Shown here: piece after piece, positions 63,510 to 64,000 of the stretch
Numbering within the stretch: the first letter of the stretch is position 1
Layout: every line of letters starts with the position of its first letter
From: Neovahlkampfia damariscottae
Lineage: Eukaryota
DNA length: 64,000 nt
NCBI GenBank assembly: GCA_016618085.1
Contig: JABLTG010000035.1
Coordinates: 1 to 64,000 of the forward strand
Reading direction: 5' to 3'
The notes under the pieces: generated by a model
Seen by the model: only the letters and a program-made list of their open reading frames with translations
Told to the model about the DNA's origin: nothing
The model's database searches: none
Program-made: the position numbers and the translations under genes

Positions 63510-64000
63510 TTACATTTTAAAATCCATCACACAAACAGTAAAATCTTCAGTTATAGAATTTGAAAAACAGGCAGCAACTTTATCACCTGTTGAATTCCAA
63601 CAAACTTCAAATATACTTCCTGCTCCATTGTATGTTTTAACTAATGAACCATCTTTTACAGACCAAACATGTAAAGATCTATCAAATGAACCACTCGCTA
63701 AATATTCACCATTTGGACTGAAAGCAATTGAATAAACTGGATCAGTATGTTTTGTTAAAGAATATAAACATTTTCCAACATTCACATCCCATAATTTAAT
63801 TGAAAAATCAAACGAAGCACTTGCTAAAACTAAATCTTTGTTTGGATTTTTTGAACCTTTCCCTGTTGGACTCCATCTTATTGTATATATTTCTTTTGAA
63901 TGTTCTTTAAAATCAAATAAGCATCGTTCAGATTTCATATTCCAAATCTAAGAAGAAATATTTTAGAAAAGTAATAAATTACTTACTTTACAGGTATTAT
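63510..64000 (-). CDS. TBL1: TBL1/Ebi WD40 protein, 3' part (truncated by the window)
   Basis: [48 protein letters not shown] and IFEVCWN. Confidence 0.92.

Noticed and set aside
1..64000. Alternative genetic code or mass pseudogenisation suggested by fragmented ORFs
   Set aside because: The stops and frameshifts I checked in conserved genes all fall inside GT-AG mini-introns, and TAA, TGA and TAG all end genes normally.

Overview
This is the left end of a very AT-rich, ultra-compact eukaryotic (protist) chromosome. It begins with a (CCCAAA)n/(TTTGGG)n telomere, followed by about 550 bp of subtelomere and about 48 tightly packed protein genes in the standard genetic code. The genes are broken by tiny GT-AG introns (about 26-45 nt), so the ORF track shows only fragments. 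The telomere motif, 7TM-RGS genes and secreted lipase-like gene suggest a heterolobosean (Naegleria-like) organism, which is inference only. Recognisable genes include DDX6, SPCS2, CstF77, a DEAH helicase, Rab11, PA200/PSME4, a sphingolipid C9-methyltransferase-like gene, TSPO, COX16, a USP4/15-type protease, TBC1D23, NDUFV1, RIC1, JMJD5, DNAJA, RRP1 and TBL1. Four signals stand out. (1) Hand-splicing requires exons of 0, 1, 3, 4, 6, 7 and 8 nt between back-to-back mini-introns, including an AG|GT zero-length (recursive) site in the DnaJ HPD motif. (2) A CCAAT box lies within about 45 nt of, and sometimes overlaps, almost every start codon. (3) An intron-containing giant-virus-like AEP primase gene is present. 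(4) Two tandem DOMON-like/7TM/RGS receptors have very different intron content. All gene models were spliced by eye without RNA evidence.
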